DNA of 64,000 nucleotides from Candidatus Kapaibacterium sp. (GCA_032027125.1 JAVSMQ010000001.1:3241620-3305619); one strand, 5' to 3'; numbered from the stretch's first letter, positions 1 through 10,786 are shown. Program-made: numbers and translations. Notes: a model not told the origin generated them from the letters alone.

Positions 1-309
1 TTGCTTCTGAATTTTGAGAATCGGCAGTATCAAGAGCAAGCACAGTTTGTTTTTCAATAATTTTCTCTGCTGACTTGATTTCACTATCATTTTTTTGTTC
101 AATTATATCAAGCAAACTGTTGTATGCATCAAGCATTTCCTGTTTTGTATTCGTTGTTGATATTTTTTTGATATTTTGTTTGACAGCCATTTTATTAACC
201 TAAAATTAATTGATAAAAATTGAAAAATAAGAATACTAAAGTAATGATTATCTGATTAGTTTACAAACAATAAATGAAAATATTTTATATGAACCTAAAA
301 GATTCGGTT

Positions 310-1137
310 TTATTTCCCATACTCATAAACCAATTTTAAAGCGGGCTTATTATTCTCATCATAAGAAATACTCTCTAAAATGTTTCCGAATTTATCGTAA
401 GAATAACCGTGAATTAGTTTTGTACCGCCGATACCGTTTCTGACATCACGAATGATTTGATTTTTATCATTATACTCATATTCGTAAGTTACTTTATCAA
501 GTTCAGCAGGTGACTGCTCCTGCAATACTTCACTTTTGGAAGTGTTATTGCCTAAATCAACTTCTGCAGAAACTTCAACAGAAATTTCGCTGCTGTGATT
601 GGCACTTTCTTCAATCTTATTGCCGAATTTATCATTTTTGAAATAAGTTACTCCGGTTGCAACATCATTATCGGTATAAAATTCATGAACTTCCTTAACG
701 AGAAATTCATTTTCATCATATCTGTACGAACCTTTTGCTGTTTTTTTGTCATCTTTATCATAAGTTATGTCGGTAATTAAATTCATTTTTTCATCATAAC
801 TATACGTGAATTTTACAGTCGGATTCCCCTCAAAATTAAATAAAATCTTTTCAATTAGCAAACCTTCTGAATTATATTTGTTCTCTATCTTATTTTTGTA
901 TGTTTTTTTATTCTCACCGTAAGAAATCATCTCAATTGGATTTCCTTTCTCATCTAAAATCAGTTTGTATTGAATTTCACCCTTTTTGTTAGGTTTTCCC
1001 GCAGTGTATCTGTATTCTGTGACAGTGCAGGTTTTGTAGCCGCCTTTTACCTGAGGCTCGACCGGTTTAGATATGGTCTGATTTTGAACAACAAAATTAA
1101 AGCAGATAATCAAAGCCATCAATAATTTGAATTTCAT
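310..1137 (-). CDS. small secreted/lipoprotein with YD-repeat-like motifs
   Basis: N-terminal signal peptide (MKFKLLMALIICFNFVV). Repeated Y-x-Y-D-x-x-G-N/K motifs (YSYDEKMN, YRYDENEF, YSYDKFGN, SYDENNKP) resemble YD/RHS repeats. A similar paralog-like protein is at 23939..24817. Confidence 0.45.
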   Translation of the reverse strand: MKFKLLMALIICFNFVVQNQTISKPVEPQVKGGYKTCTVTEYRYTAGKPNKKGEIQYKLILDEKGNPIEMISYGENKKTYKNKIENKYNSEGLLIEKILFNFEGNPTVKFTYSYDEKMNLITDITYDKDDKKTAKGSYRYDENEFLVKEVHEFYTDNDVATGVTYFKNDKFGNKIEESANHSSEISVEVSAEVDLGNNTSKSEVLQEQSPAELDKVTYEYEYNDKNQIIRDVRNGIGGTKLIHGYSYDKFGNILESISYDENNKPALKLVYEYGK

Positions 1138-1347
1138 TTCATCACCTATTGTTTTAAGGAACTAAATATTTTTCTATACACAAATATAAGTAAAATATTT
1201 AAATTATATATTTATTTGATTTAAGAAAATGGTTATCATTGAATTTTAATGATGATGAATTTATAACCCCAATAATCTGAAGACTTCATAGTTTAAATAT
1301 AAAATAATGCTATTAAAAATCCGTTTAGTTAATATGAGAAATTATTT

Positions 1348-1590
1348 ATGAAATTTACAAAATATTTTGAAGTTACAAAGCAAAGACCGGATAGAAAGGA
1401 TATTCAAGAGGAATGGATAACTAAAGCTTTTTTAAATCCGATTTTTGAAGAAATTCAAAATGATGGAAGAATAAGAAGGTGGGCTAAAATTCCTGAAGCA
1501 GATGACAAATATCTAAGAATTGTTATACTTGAGGATAATGAAACTATTCACAATGCTTTTTTTGACCGTTCATTTAAGGAGAAATTATAA
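1348..1590 (+). CDS. DUF4258-like small protein (putative toxin of a DUF4258/DUF2283 pair)
   Basis: 80 aa. It overlaps its partner through a TAATG stop-start, which is typical of TA-like operons. The C-terminal ...RIVILEDNETIHNAFFD resembles the DUF4258 family C-terminus (compare 44373..44681 ...VITAYFTSK). Confidence 0.45.
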   Translation: MKFTKYFEVTKQRPDRKDIQEEWITKAFLNPIFEEIQNDGRIRRWAKIPEADDKYLRIVILEDNETIHNAFFDRSFKEKL

Positions 1591-1790
1591 TGCAGATAAA
1601 ATATTTTCAGGATACAGATACTTTATTGATTAACTTCAATAATAATAAAATTTATGAAACAAGGGATGTTAATGAGAATGTCCTTGTTGAACTTGATGAT
1701 GCCGGCAATGTAGTTAGTATGACATTTGAACATGCCAAAGACATTGCTGATGTTAATGATTTATCTTACCAGCAATTAGCTACTGCTTAA
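1590..1790 (+). CDS. DUF2283 family protein (putative antitoxin partner)
   Basis: 66 aa. MQIKYFQDTDTLLINF...VLVELDDAGNVVSMTFEHA matches the DUF2283 pattern (Y-D-x-E-x-D-x-L-Y-I ... D-x-D-x-x-G-x-V-V-G-I-E-I). Confidence 0.55.
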   Translation: MQIKYFQDTDTLLINFNNNKIYETRDVNENVLVELDDAGNVVSMTFEHAKDIADVNDLSYQQLATA

Positions 1791-1823
1791 TATTTTAAAA
1801 TTTAAATTATAAAAATGCAAACT

Positions 1824-3467
1824 TTACTTCTTTCTCCCTGACTCCAACAAGTCTAATGAATCTATCTGTTGCTGCTCAAGGAATTCATTTATATCACCCA
1901 TATATTCCTTAATCATTCCTTTTTTGAATTCAATAGTTTTGCTTGTTAATCCTTCAAGAAACTCTCTGTCGTGCGAAACAATAATCAAAGTACCTTTATA
2001 ATCAATCAGTGCATTCTTAAGCACATCTTTTGATATCATATCGAAGTGATTTGTCGGCTCATCGAGAATCAACACATTGATTGGCTGAAAGAGCATTTTG
2101 CAAAGACTTAAACGGGATTTTTCACCGCCGGAAAGTACTCTCACTTTTTTGTCAATTGAATTGCCGCTAAACAGAAATGCTCCGAGCATTGCACGTATTT
2201 TCTTTCTCATTTCCCCTTGGGCAACTCTGTCAATTGTTTCAAAAACTGTTGCGTCAGGGTCAAGAGATTCAGCCTGATGCTGAGAAAAATAACCGATGCT
2301 CAGATTTGCACCCGATTCCAAAACTCCCTCATAATCCATAATACCGGCTAAAATCTTTGATAATGTGGACTTACCTTCACCATTTTTGCCGACAAAACAA
2401 ACTTTTTCGCCACGTTCAATTTCAAAATTTATATCATTTAAAACAAGTTTTCTGTCATATTTTTTGATGAGACCCTTAGTCTCAAAAATCAATCTGGATG
2501 AGCGCGGGGGCTCAGGAAATGAAAAACGCATTTTGGATACATCTTCTTCTTCAACCTCAATCAAATCCATCTTCTCAAGCGCCTTAACTTTTGATTGAGC
2601 TCTGGCAGAAAATGCTGCTTTGGCTTTAAAACGTTCAATAAACCTTTCCTGCTGGGCTATATTTTTTTGCTGATTATTATATGCCGAAAGCTGCAGTTCT
2701 TTCTGGGTTGCTCTTTCCTGAACAAATCTTGAGTAAGGATACGGCAAATCATAAATTTTACCCAAAGAAAACTCAATGGTTCTATTGGTAATATTATCAA
2801 GGAATCTTTTATCGTGCGATACAATCATAATCGCGCCCTGATAAGTTTTCAGAAATACTTCAAGCCAGCGTATTGATTCGATATCAAGGTGGTTTGTCGG
2901 CTCATCAAGTAAAATGCAGTCATTCTGATTTAGAAGAATTTTTGCAAGATGAACACGCATCTGCCAGCCGCCGCTGAATTCATTCATATCCCTTGAAAAG
3001 TCACTACGTTCGAAACCAAGCCCAATCAGCACCTTTTCAATTTCCGCTTCAATAGACTGTCCGCCCAGATGATGGAAAAATTCACTTGCTTCTGTTAGGT
3101 TTTCGATGATTTTCATATACTCATCGGATTCATAATCGGTGCGTTCTTCAAGTTCTTTGGAATACCGGTTAATATCTTCTTCCAGTTTTTTAAATTCATC
3201 CAAAGCACTTTCAGCTTCTTCATAAATGGTTTTATCAGAATCGGTTTTGATTTCCTGCGGTAAATATCCGATTTTATATTTATTGGGTATTAAAATTTTA
3301 CCGCTTTCGGGAGATTCCAAACCGTATATGAGTTTCAGCATCGTTGATTTACCGGTACCGTTTCTGCCTATAAGACCGATTCTGTCATTTTCACCGACAG
3401 ATATAGATACATTGTCGAATAAATAACGTCCGGCAAAGTGAATTGAGACATTTTGTATATTTAGCAT
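1824..3467 (-). CDS. ABC-F family ATPase (two tandem ABC domains, no TMD)
   Basis: Two Walker A sites (GRNGTGKST; GKNGEGKST), ABC signature LSGG(W/E), two Walker B LLDEPTNHLD/ILDEPTNHFD, and a coiled linker between the domains. Confidence 0.85.
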   Translation of the reverse strand: MLNIQNVSIHFAGRYLFDNVSISVGENDRIGLIGRNGTGKSTMLKLIYGLESPESGKILIPNKYKIGYLPQEIKTDSDKTIYEEAESALDEFKKLEEDINRYSKELEERTDYESDEYMKIIENLTEASEFFHHLGGQSIEAEIEKVLIGLGFERSDFSRDMNEFSGGWQMRVHLAKILLNQNDCILLDEPTNHLDIESIRWLEVFLKTYQGAIMIVSHDKRFLDNITNRTIEFSLGKIYDLPYPYSRFVQERATQKELQLSAYNNQQKNIAQQERFIERFKAKAAFSARAQSKVKALEKMDLIEVEEEDVSKMRFSFPEPPRSSRLIFETKGLIKKYDRKLVLNDINFEIERGEKVCFVGKNGEGKSTLSKILAGIMDYEGVLESGANLSIGYFSQHQAESLDPDATVFETIDRVAQGEMRKKIRAMLGAFLFSGNSIDKKVRVLSGGEKSRLSLCKMLFQPINVLILDEPTNHFDMISKDVLKNALIDYKGTLIIVSHDREFLEGLTSKTIEFKKGMIKEYMGDINEFLEQQQIDSLDLLESGRKK

Positions 3468-3705
3468 AATAATTTTTCAGATTTGCGTTTTCAAAAGTTA
3501 CAAAAATAGTCATATTTTTGTTAATAAAGGAGAAATAAATTATGTGGATGTTGAAAATTAAAGTAATTTGTTTCAAAATTACAATATTTCTTGCTGAAAT
3601 CTTCGGCAATAAAAGCCATGCTATCATTTTTCGCAGATAACATATACTTATAAAAAACGGGTATCATAGATATTTGAAGTATAATATTAATTTATATATT
3701 ATTTT

Positions 3706-5220
3706 TTATTTACAAATTGCCTGTCTTAATTTCAAATCTTTAGATAATATGACTGTACCTCCAATAGTAGCAATCATTATTTCATTGACATTGATTTTTT
3801 TCAAAGAAATAGGTGCTCCAGGCAAAATTAGGATTTTAGTAACTAATATATGATTTGCAACCCGATGAAGTTTATAAACTATTCCTCTGTTAATATCTAA
3901 ATGAGCTGACCCAGCCAAAACAATTATATTGTTATTGAAATTATAAATGGCATGGATATTATCATCTATTAGACTTCTATGTTTGCCGTTTGAATAAATA
4001 AATTTTAAAGAACCTCCCCATTCTCCTTTATCTTCACCTATAAGCGTTCCATTCCAACAAGCTAGTCTATTTTGGTTTATATCACCTTCAAAAATACAAT
4101 TAGATATTCTATTTCCGTCGCTTTCATAATTAAAAAAATAATTTCCAAAAGTTGAATATATATTTAAATTAGTTTCTTGTTTGGAATCTGTTAATTTCAA
4201 TATTGTCTTCCTCGCAGCCTCCCGTATAAGACTATACCAATGATTTGATTCAATATTTTTAAGATGTGGAATTGCTTCTCCCGCCTGAAGCATTTCTAAT
4301 GAAAGTATAGATACATAGTTTAAACGCCAATCGTTTTCATAATATAATAACTTTTCAAGCTCAGGAATTGCAGGCTTATAATCAATAAATCCAACTGTGC
4401 GTGCCGCTGCAACACGTAAATCCCAATCTTCATCATTTAGAAATTTTAAAATAGTTTTTCCTGCTTTATTTGCAACAAAACCTAAACTCGATAAATCTCT
4501 TAAGGCAAGGATTTTATCATAAGTAGAATCCGCTTGAATTAGTTTATTTTCATACAGCTCCGATGCTAAAGGAGATTTCATTTCTAAGAGAGCAGTCGTA
4601 ACCTCTTTTGAAAACAATTGATTCTCATTTTCCCATACTTTATATAAGTCTTTATCAACGGTTTGTGCATAAATCCCAATATTCCCGAGCGATACTATGG
4701 AGAATTTTCTTGAAGTTATCGAGTTGTTTTTGGAGATAGCTAATGAATCAAGTAATGGAACTGCCGAAATAGCATCTTTCTCCAAAAATCCAAATATAGT
4801 GGAAACAGTATATAATAAACTCTCATCGCAATCTACATTACATTCTAATAACTGAATCAAAGCAGGAATACATTTAGATCCAAGTTTTTCAAATGAATGG
4901 GTTAAAGTTGATTCCTGCTCTTTATTTCTTTTTATTGCTTCAATTAAAATATTGACTGCTTTATCTGAACCTATTTTTGCAACATAAGGAGCTAACCATA
5001 GTTCGCCATTAATAAGAGCATCTCCCATATCATCAAGATATTTTTCACTTAAATTATCATATAATTCCAGAGTTCGAACAGCTCTGTATTTAATATATTC
5101 ATCTTTAACTTTCAGTAGTGCTAATAGCTTAGGTATTGCGATTTCTCCAAACTTATGAATATTTTCTGCCGTTTTCATTTCTTCATATGTTCTGTTATAG
5201 CCATTTGATTTGAAATTCAT
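3706..5220 (-). CDS. HEAT/PBS-lyase-like repeat protein
   Basis: Repeated ~30-aa units of the HEAT type with conserved aromatic/charged positions (e.g. DWDLRVAAARTVGFI, YIKYRAVRTLELY). C-terminal third has no recognisable domain. Confidence 0.4.
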   Translation of the reverse strand: MNFKSNGYNRTYEEMKTAENIHKFGEIAIPKLLALLKVKDEYIKYRAVRTLELYDNLSEKYLDDMGDALINGELWLAPYVAKIGSDKAVNILIEAIKRNKEQESTLTHSFEKLGSKCIPALIQLLECNVDCDESLLYTVSTIFGFLEKDAISAVPLLDSLAISKNNSITSRKFSIVSLGNIGIYAQTVDKDLYKVWENENQLFSKEVTTALLEMKSPLASELYENKLIQADSTYDKILALRDLSSLGFVANKAGKTILKFLNDEDWDLRVAAARTVGFIDYKPAIPELEKLLYYENDWRLNYVSILSLEMLQAGEAIPHLKNIESNHWYSLIREAARKTILKLTDSKQETNLNIYSTFGNYFFNYESDGNRISNCIFEGDINQNRLACWNGTLIGEDKGEWGGSLKFIYSNGKHRSLIDDNIHAIYNFNNNIIVLAGSAHLDINRGIVYKLHRVANHILVTKILILPGAPISLKKINVNEIMIATIGGTVILSKDLKLRQAICK

Positions 5221-5657
5221 TAATTTGTTTTTGTATTATAAACGAAATAATCTCCGGACTCAAAAAATTTGGAATCTTTTATAAAGAATTTTATATCATT
5301 AGACATCAAATATTTATAGCCATCCATATCATCGTATTCGTTTCCAATATAAAAAGTACCATCAAAAACACCTTTGTTAAAACTGCTCAAAAAATCCTTA
5401 AGATAATTTATATAAAGGCGTAAAATATTTTCATTTCTAAATTCAACATATTTTGATATAAATATTAAAGGTATGTGAACTTCTAAATCATCAACTTTAA
5501 TCAATTTAATTATGACATTATTACTATATACTTCTTTAGTTGGTGTTGATAACTTGATAGTTTTCTCCTCATTTTCTTCGATTGCAGTATAACCGCTTCT
5601 ACAGGATTGGAATAGAACTATATTTATAAAACATAAACAAATTAAAATCCTCAACAT
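5220..5657 (-). CDS. hypothetical secreted protein
   Basis: N-terminal hydrophobic signal-like segment (MLRILICLCFINIVLF). No recognisable domain. Confidence 0.3.
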   Translation of the reverse strand: MLRILICLCFINIVLFQSCRSGYTAIEENEEKTIKLSTPTKEVYSNNVIIKLIKVDDLEVHIPLIFISKYVEFRNENILRLYINYLKDFLSSFNKGVFDGTFYIGNEYDDMDGYKYLMSNDIKFFIKDSKFFESGDYFVYNTKTN

Positions 5658-5768
5658 ATTTTTCCTCTCATTTTATAATATAACAAATATATTTTTAAAT
5701 TACTCTAACAGCATACTCGAAACTTTTTCTCAGTGTAACATCATTTTCTTTCAAATTTTAAAAGCCGT

Positions 5769-5789
5769 AATTAGCTTCGCAGGTCTTCG
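5769..5789 (-). repeat. dispersed ~21-35-bp intergenic repeat, copy A (CGAAGACCTGCGAAGCTAATT, minus orientation)
   Basis: Reverse complement of 5769-5789 is CGAAGACCTGCGAAGCTAATT, identical to 23760-23780 and 1 mismatch from 24943-24963. Shares …GCTAATTACG with copy C. Confidence 0.7.
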
Positions 5790-6148
5790 ACTTCTTAATT
5801 GACTATACTTCTACTCTATTATAAAGGTTAATCAGTTAAATAATTTTCAGAATCAGGGCTATTTCGACATATTCCCAATTATGTATAATTATTTGAATAT
5901 CCACGTTGTGTTGGTAATATCATTTTATAAATAAAAATTATTTAAAAAGAATAAAAAATTCTATTTGCAAATTAAAAAATGTTAGGATATTCAAATTAAA
6001 TACCTTACATTTACTTATAGATATATAAAATATTGATTTAACATTTCATTGAATTTTAAAATGAATTGGTTTATTAAAAAATATATCTTATTAATGAATA
6101 TGATTTTTCATTAACTGGTTGAATTATTATTAACTAAGCAATAAATAT

Positions 6149-7729
6149 ATGGAAGATGAAGGTACAATTTATTTGAAAGAAAAGGCGATTTCAGAAATTG
6201 AAAATATTCTCAACCAGATAATTGAGAGTGAAATTCCTGAAGAAAAATTATTGGAACAAATGGGAATATTTAATAAAGGTCTTCCATTTGTAAAACTAAA
6301 CAGACCCTGCATTATTGCCGATGGAATAACCAAAATTCAGGAATCTGATTTTGATGCATTATTAAAATTGCACTCAAGAGTTTCAAATGATGGTAGAATT
6401 ATGAAGTTTGTTCCCGCCTCAGGAGCAGCAACACGTATGTTTAAAGATTTGATTACAACCTTCAATAATCGTCAAATAAAGTCTTTAGAAGAGAATTTAA
6501 GTAAAGAAATAGATTACACAATCGAATTTATAAAAAATATCAAAAAATTTGCTTTCTATGAAGTTTTAAATAATAAGTTATCGGAATTAGGCTATGATGC
6601 TGATAACATTATTTCTTCAGGCAATTTCAGAATAATTTTGGATTTATTATTATTTGATAAAGGGTTGAATTATTCATTACTACCAAAGGGTTTAATACCA
6701 TTTCACAGGTATAATGATGAGATTAGAACTCCTTTTTATGAGCATTTAATTGAAGCCTTGGACTATTCAGCGGATAACAATAAGAGAGCAAGAGTTCATT
6801 TCGCTGTGGCAAAAGAGTTTTTCGATGAAATTGAAAATCATTTATATGAAATTACTCAGTATTTGAAAAATAAAGGCAGTTTTGATATTAGTTTAACGAT
6901 ACAAAAGAAATCTACTAATACGATTGCCGTTGATATGAATAACGAGATTATCTTAGATGATGAAAATAATCTGATATTCCGGCCCGGCGGTCATGGTGCT
7001 TTAATTGAAAATCTCAATGAGTTAAATGGTGATTTGGTATATATTAAAAATATTGATAATATTCAGACCGATGATTTGAAAGAGACTACAATTTTTTATA
7101 AAAAGCTTCTCGGTGGTTTTCTTGTTCAAACTCAGGATAAAATATTCGAATTATTAGTTGGTTTACATTCAGGTAATTACTCCTCATCTTTATTTTCGGA
7201 AATTGCTGAGTTTTCAAAGAATATACTTTCCATTAATACCGGCGATGATTATGAGTATAAATCTATAAATGAAAAAGCTGAATTTTGGAAAAAGTGTCTT
7301 GATAAACCACTTAGAGTCTGCGGAATGGTAAGGAATTCCGGGGAGCCGGGCGGCGGTCCATTTTGGGTTGAGGATATCAGCGGAGAATTATCATTGCAGA
7401 TTGTTGAATCAGCTCAAATTGATTTAAATAATGTTGAACAGAAATTGATTTTCAATTCATCTACACATTTTAATCCGGTAGATTTGGTGTGTGGATTGAG
7501 AGATTACAAAGGCAATCCTTATGACCTGAACAAATTTATTGATATTAAAATGAGCTTTATAACAATTAAATCGGTTGGAAGTAAAGAAATCAAAGCTTAT
7601 GAGCTGCCTGGATTATGGAACGGTAGTATGGCTTATTGGAATACAGTATTTATTGAGGTACCTGATACTACTTTTACTCCTGTGAAAACAGTAAATGATT
7701 TGTTGAAGAAAGAGCATCTTCAAACTTGA
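6149..7729 (+). CDS. DUF4301-like / UDPGP-type nucleotidyltransferase-fold protein
   Basis: 526 aa. Motifs FVPASGAATRMFKDL and FRPGGHGALIENLNEL resemble the glycine-rich NTP-binding and G-H-G motifs of the UDP-glucose pyrophosphorylase superfamily. This is a tentative assignment. Confidence 0.4.
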   Translation: MEDEGTIYLKEKAISEIENILNQIIESEIPEEKLLEQMGIFNKGLPFVKLNRPCIIADGITKIQESDFDALLKLHSRVSNDGRIMKFVPASGAATRMFKDLITTFNNRQIKSLEENLSKEIDYTIEFIKNIKKFAFYEVLNNKLSELGYDADNIISSGNFRIILDLLLFDKGLNYSLLPKGLIPFHRYNDEIRTPFYEHLIEALDYSADNNKRARVHFAVAKEFFDEIENHLYEITQYLKNKGSFDISLTIQKKSTNTIAVDMNNEIILDDENNLIFRPGGHGALIENLNELNGDLVYIKNIDNIQTDDLKETTIFYKKLLGGFLVQTQDKIFELLVGLHSGNYSSSLFSEIAEFSKNILSINTGDDYEYKSINEKAEFWKKCLDKPLRVCGMVRNSGEPGGGPFWVEDISGELSLQIVESAQIDLNNVEQKLIFNSSTHFNPVDLVCGLRDYKGNPYDLNKFIDIKMSFITIKSVGSKEIKAYELPGLWNGSMAYWNTVFIEVPDTTFTPVKTVNDLLKKEHLQT

Positions 7730-7784
7730 AGAAAAAGCAGGTAAATTTTCTAAAGTTTTTTTTATTATATGATGAGGATATGAT

Positions 7785-8132
7785 ATGAATTTTGAAACTG
7801 AGATTAAGGGTAAAGTAACAATAGTTACTCTTAATGAAAAAAGATTTGATGCAAAAATTGCAGTTACATTTAAAGATGCCATGAAATCTTTAATTGATAA
7901 GGGTAGTCTATTCTTTATTGTCAACCTGAAAGCCGTAGAATTTATTGATAGCAGCGGGCTTGGCTCGATTGTTACAGTTCTAAAATTAGTCGGCAGAAAA
8001 GGTGATGTTTTTGTTAGCGGCTTAAATGACAGTGTTATGCAGATGTTTTCGCTAACAAGAATGGATAGGGTTTTTAAAATATTTCCTAATGTTGAAGATG
8101 CATTTGTTGAACTTAATAATAATTTAGAATGA
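7785..8132 (+). CDS. STAS-domain anti-sigma-factor antagonist (SpoIIAA/RsbV-like)
   Basis: 115 aa. STAS hallmarks are ...LKAVEFIDSSGLGSIV... with the phosphorylatable Ser in the DSSGLG context. Translationally coupled to the next gene (ATGA overlap at 8129). Confidence 0.8.
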   Translation: MNFETEIKGKVTIVTLNEKRFDAKIAVTFKDAMKSLIDKGSLFFIVNLKAVEFIDSSGLGSIVTVLKLVGRKGDVFVSGLNDSVMQMFSLTRMDRVFKIFPNVEDAFVELNNNLE

Positions 8133-8563
8133 ACGTGAATAATCCGGAAATAAAATTAATCATTACAAGTAACTTTGATAATGTTTCACTTATTGGTGTT
8201 ACTGTTCATCAACTCTGCAAATATTTTTATGACGATGAAGCATTTGCTTCAGAAATAGAGATTGGCATTGTTGAAGCTTGCAACAATGTTATTGAACATT
8301 CTTATCTTGCAAAGGACAATCAAGACATAGAAATGAGTTTAAAATTCTTTAAAGACAAATTAAATATTCGTTTAAGTGATTATGGTATTTTCAAAGACAA
8401 ACGAAAGAAACCCAAACTTGATTATGACCCCGATGATATTGATAATCTTCCTGAAGGTGGGATGGGGCTGTTTTTGATTTATAACATTATGGATGAGTTG
8501 TCATATTCAAGAAGTGGCGGAAAAAATACATTGTCAATGACAAAAAATATATCGGATAAGTAA
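8129..8563 (+). CDS. anti-sigma regulatory factor, Ser-protein kinase (RsbW/SpoIIAB-like HATPase_c)
   Basis: 144 aa. HATPase_c N-box VEACNNVIEHSY and G-box LPEGGMGLFLI. Sits immediately downstream of the STAS gene. Confidence 0.75.
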   Translation: MNVNNPEIKLIITSNFDNVSLIGVTVHQLCKYFYDDEAFASEIEIGIVEACNNVIEHSYLAKDNQDIEMSLKFFKDKLNIRLSDYGIFKDKRKKPKLDYDPDDIDNLPEGGMGLFLIYNIMDELSYSRSGGKNTLSMTKNISDK

Positions 8564-8980
8564 AGTGAGATTTAAATTGCTGCATATAATACTAAATTCA
8601 ATTGAAATATTACTTTCCAGTCTTTGGCAAGTTTTGTTCTTGACGAAAAATCAGGATAAATCCATATTACAAAGTTGGAGAATGACATCTTCCGGTATGT
8701 TATCTGCTGAATTTTTCTTACCAGGTGAATCGTACTTAGTGAGGAGTCATAACACATTTTTGAAAATTGAATTTTTGTTATATTCGGCGATGAATCAATT
8801 GAAACAGATTTTTCATTTCGATTTGGCATCGATTATGTTAAAGCAATAATTGGAAAAAATAAAAAGGATTTGAAGAATAGTCAATTTATAATTGTTGCCG
8901 GTGTTAATTTCTGTAATGAAAATGTGTTGGTTAAATTTAGTTTCTAAAAAATATTCTAATAGAATTACAAAATTACTTTT

Positions 8981-10786
8981 TTGATGAAAATTATGAGCTT
9001 TTACTTTGAGAAATTCGAGCATAGAAAACCTGAAAAGGCATTACCTTATTCTGCCGTAATTGAAACAATTTGGCAGTTATTTGCTACGATTAGTATAATC
9101 ATTGGTTTTTGGTATATTTCCTGGAGGTGGGGTTCATCACTTAATTACGATGCTTTATGGTTTTCCGTTCCACTGGTTCTTGCAGAAACTCTTGCTTATA
9201 TTGGATTAATTCTATTCTATATTAATATTTGGAAAGTGAAAGATTATCACAAATCAGAACCGCCTGAGTTATATTCCGAGTGTGTAGATGATAAAGCAGG
9301 AAATAACCGTCCATTAGCTATAGATATATATTTTCCTACTTATAATGAGGATGTTGAGCTTGTCCGTTTATCAATCAAAGATGCTAAAAAAATCACATAT
9401 CCACATAAGATTGATTTAAGAATTTATGTTTTGGATGACGGAAAAAGACCTGAAATGAAGCAGGTTGCCGATGAAGAAGGTGTCGGCTATATTACAAGAA
9501 ATAATAATCAGGGTTTTAAAGCCGGTAATTTAAGAAATGCAATGGAAAATACATCTGGTGATTTTATTGTCATTTGTGATGCTGATACAAGACCTTTTCC
9601 TACAATTTTGAATCATTGTATGGGGTATTTTAAAGATTCTGATGTAGCATGGGTACAGACTCCTCAATGGTTTTTCGATTTACCTGAAGGTACACCACTA
9701 CCTGTAATTATGAAAAAGTATTTAAGTTTACCTGGATTCTACTTCGGTAAACTATTTGAAAAAATTGCAGGTCCGGTTAATGTCGGACAGGACCCCTTTT
9801 GTAATGACCCTAAAATGTTTTATGATATCATTTTGAGAAGACGTAACTGGGCAAATGCTTCTTTCTGCTGCGGTGCCGGTTCAATTCATCGCCGCGAAGC
9901 TGTAATGAATGCTGCCGTAAAAACATTCGCAGACTCTATTGACGGATACATTCGTAAATATACCGAAGAAATTGAAGATGCAACACTGAAAAAGGAATTA
10001 CATGAGGCAATGGCACGTGAACTTATGATTGAAACCGAAATTACTCCTTATAAATATCATGTTTCCGAAGATATATATACTTCAATTATTATTCATTCCG
10101 AAAAATCAAGAAATTGGAAATCGGTTTTTCATCCTGATATCGAATCTAAAATGCTTTCTCCTCAGGATTTGTTGAGCTGGAGTGTCCAAAGATTTAAATA
10201 TGCAGGTGGTTCGCTTGATATCTTAATGCACGATAATCCATTATTTAGAAAGGGATTGAGTTTTGCACAAAAATTGATGTACGGCGCAACTTTTTGGTCA
10301 TATTTGTCAGGTATATGGAATATAATTTTTCTATTATCACCTATTGTTTATTTGTTTTTCGGAATTTCGCCTGTTTCTGCAGATTCTGTCGAATTTTTTA
10401 AGCATTTTCTGCCATTTATTGTTTTTATGCAGTTTTCATTTATGCTTGGAACATGGGGTATTCCTGCCTGGAAGGGCTCTTCATTTTATCTTTCATTTTT
10501 CCCGATAAATTTACGTGCAATATGGACTGTAATTAGAGGAGAAAAGATTAAATTTCCAATTACCCCAAAATCAAGACAGGAAGGGAACTATCTCATGCTT
10601 GTAATACCTCAGATTGTTGTAATGTCGCTTACTTTTCTTGGAATTCTTTTTGCAAGTGGAAAAATTATACTTGGATATTCGGATAATATTGGAGGTCTTA
10701 TTGCAAACATTTTTTGGGGCTTTGTAAACATTTTTTCACTTTGGGGTATTGTTGCCGCTTCAATTTGGAAGCCTGAAGACGAGTAA
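8981..10786 (+). CDS. processive family-2 glycosyltransferase, cellulose-synthase-like (BcsA/OpgH-like), no PilZ domain
   Basis: N- and C-terminal TM bundles flank a GT-A domain. It has DDG...DAD (VLDDGKRPE; VICDADTRP) and a Q-R-x-K/R-Y/W-A-x-G motif (SVQRFKYAGGSLDIL) matching the QxxRW processive motif. No RxxxR...DxSxxG PilZ signature at the C-terminus. Confidence 0.75.
   Translation: MMKIMSFYFEKFEHRKPEKALPYSAVIETIWQLFATISIIIGFWYISWRWGSSLNYDALWFSVPLVLAETLAYIGLILFYINIWKVKDYHKSEPPELYSECVDDKAGNNRPLAIDIYFPTYNEDVELVRLSIKDAKKITYPHKIDLRIYVLDDGKRPEMKQVADEEGVGYITRNNNQGFKAGNLRNAMENTSGDFIVICDADTRPFPTILNHCMGYFKDSDVAWVQTPQWFFDLPEGTPLPVIMKKYLSLPGFYFGKLFEKIAGPVNVGQDPFCNDPKMFYDIILRRRNWANASFCCGAGSIHRREAVMNAAVKTFADSIDGYIRKYTEEIEDATLKKELHEAMARELMIETEITPYKYHVSEDIYTSIIIHSEKSRNWKSVFHPDIESKMLSPQDLLSWSVQRFKYAGGSLDILMHDNPLFRKGLSFAQKLMYGATFWSYLSGIWNIIFLLSPIVYLFFGISPVSADSVEFFKHFLPFIVFMQFSFMLGTWGIPAWKGSSFYLSFFPINLRAIWTVIRGEKIKFPITPKSRQEGNYLMLVIPQIVVMSLTFLGILFASGKIILGYSDNIGGLIANIFWGFVNIFSLWGIVAASIWKPEDE

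Noticed and set aside
2365-2598. Antisense ORFs inside long genes (e.g. 2365..2598 and 3226..3426 inside the ABC-F gene; 27407..28045 set inside guaA; 31410..32006 inside the tyrosinase gene; 45347..45805 inside ispG; 50873..51178 and 52521..52829 inside mfd; 61566..62455 inside dnaX)
   Set aside because: They lie entirely within strongly supported genes on the opposite strand and have low-complexity or biased composition with no motifs. These are typical shadow ORFs.
8565-9022. Small ORFs (94, 85, 69 aa) between the anti-sigma kinase gene and the GT2 gene
   Set aside because: Mutually overlapping on both strands in an AT-rich spacer, with no domain signatures. Probably the promoter or leader of the GT2 gene.
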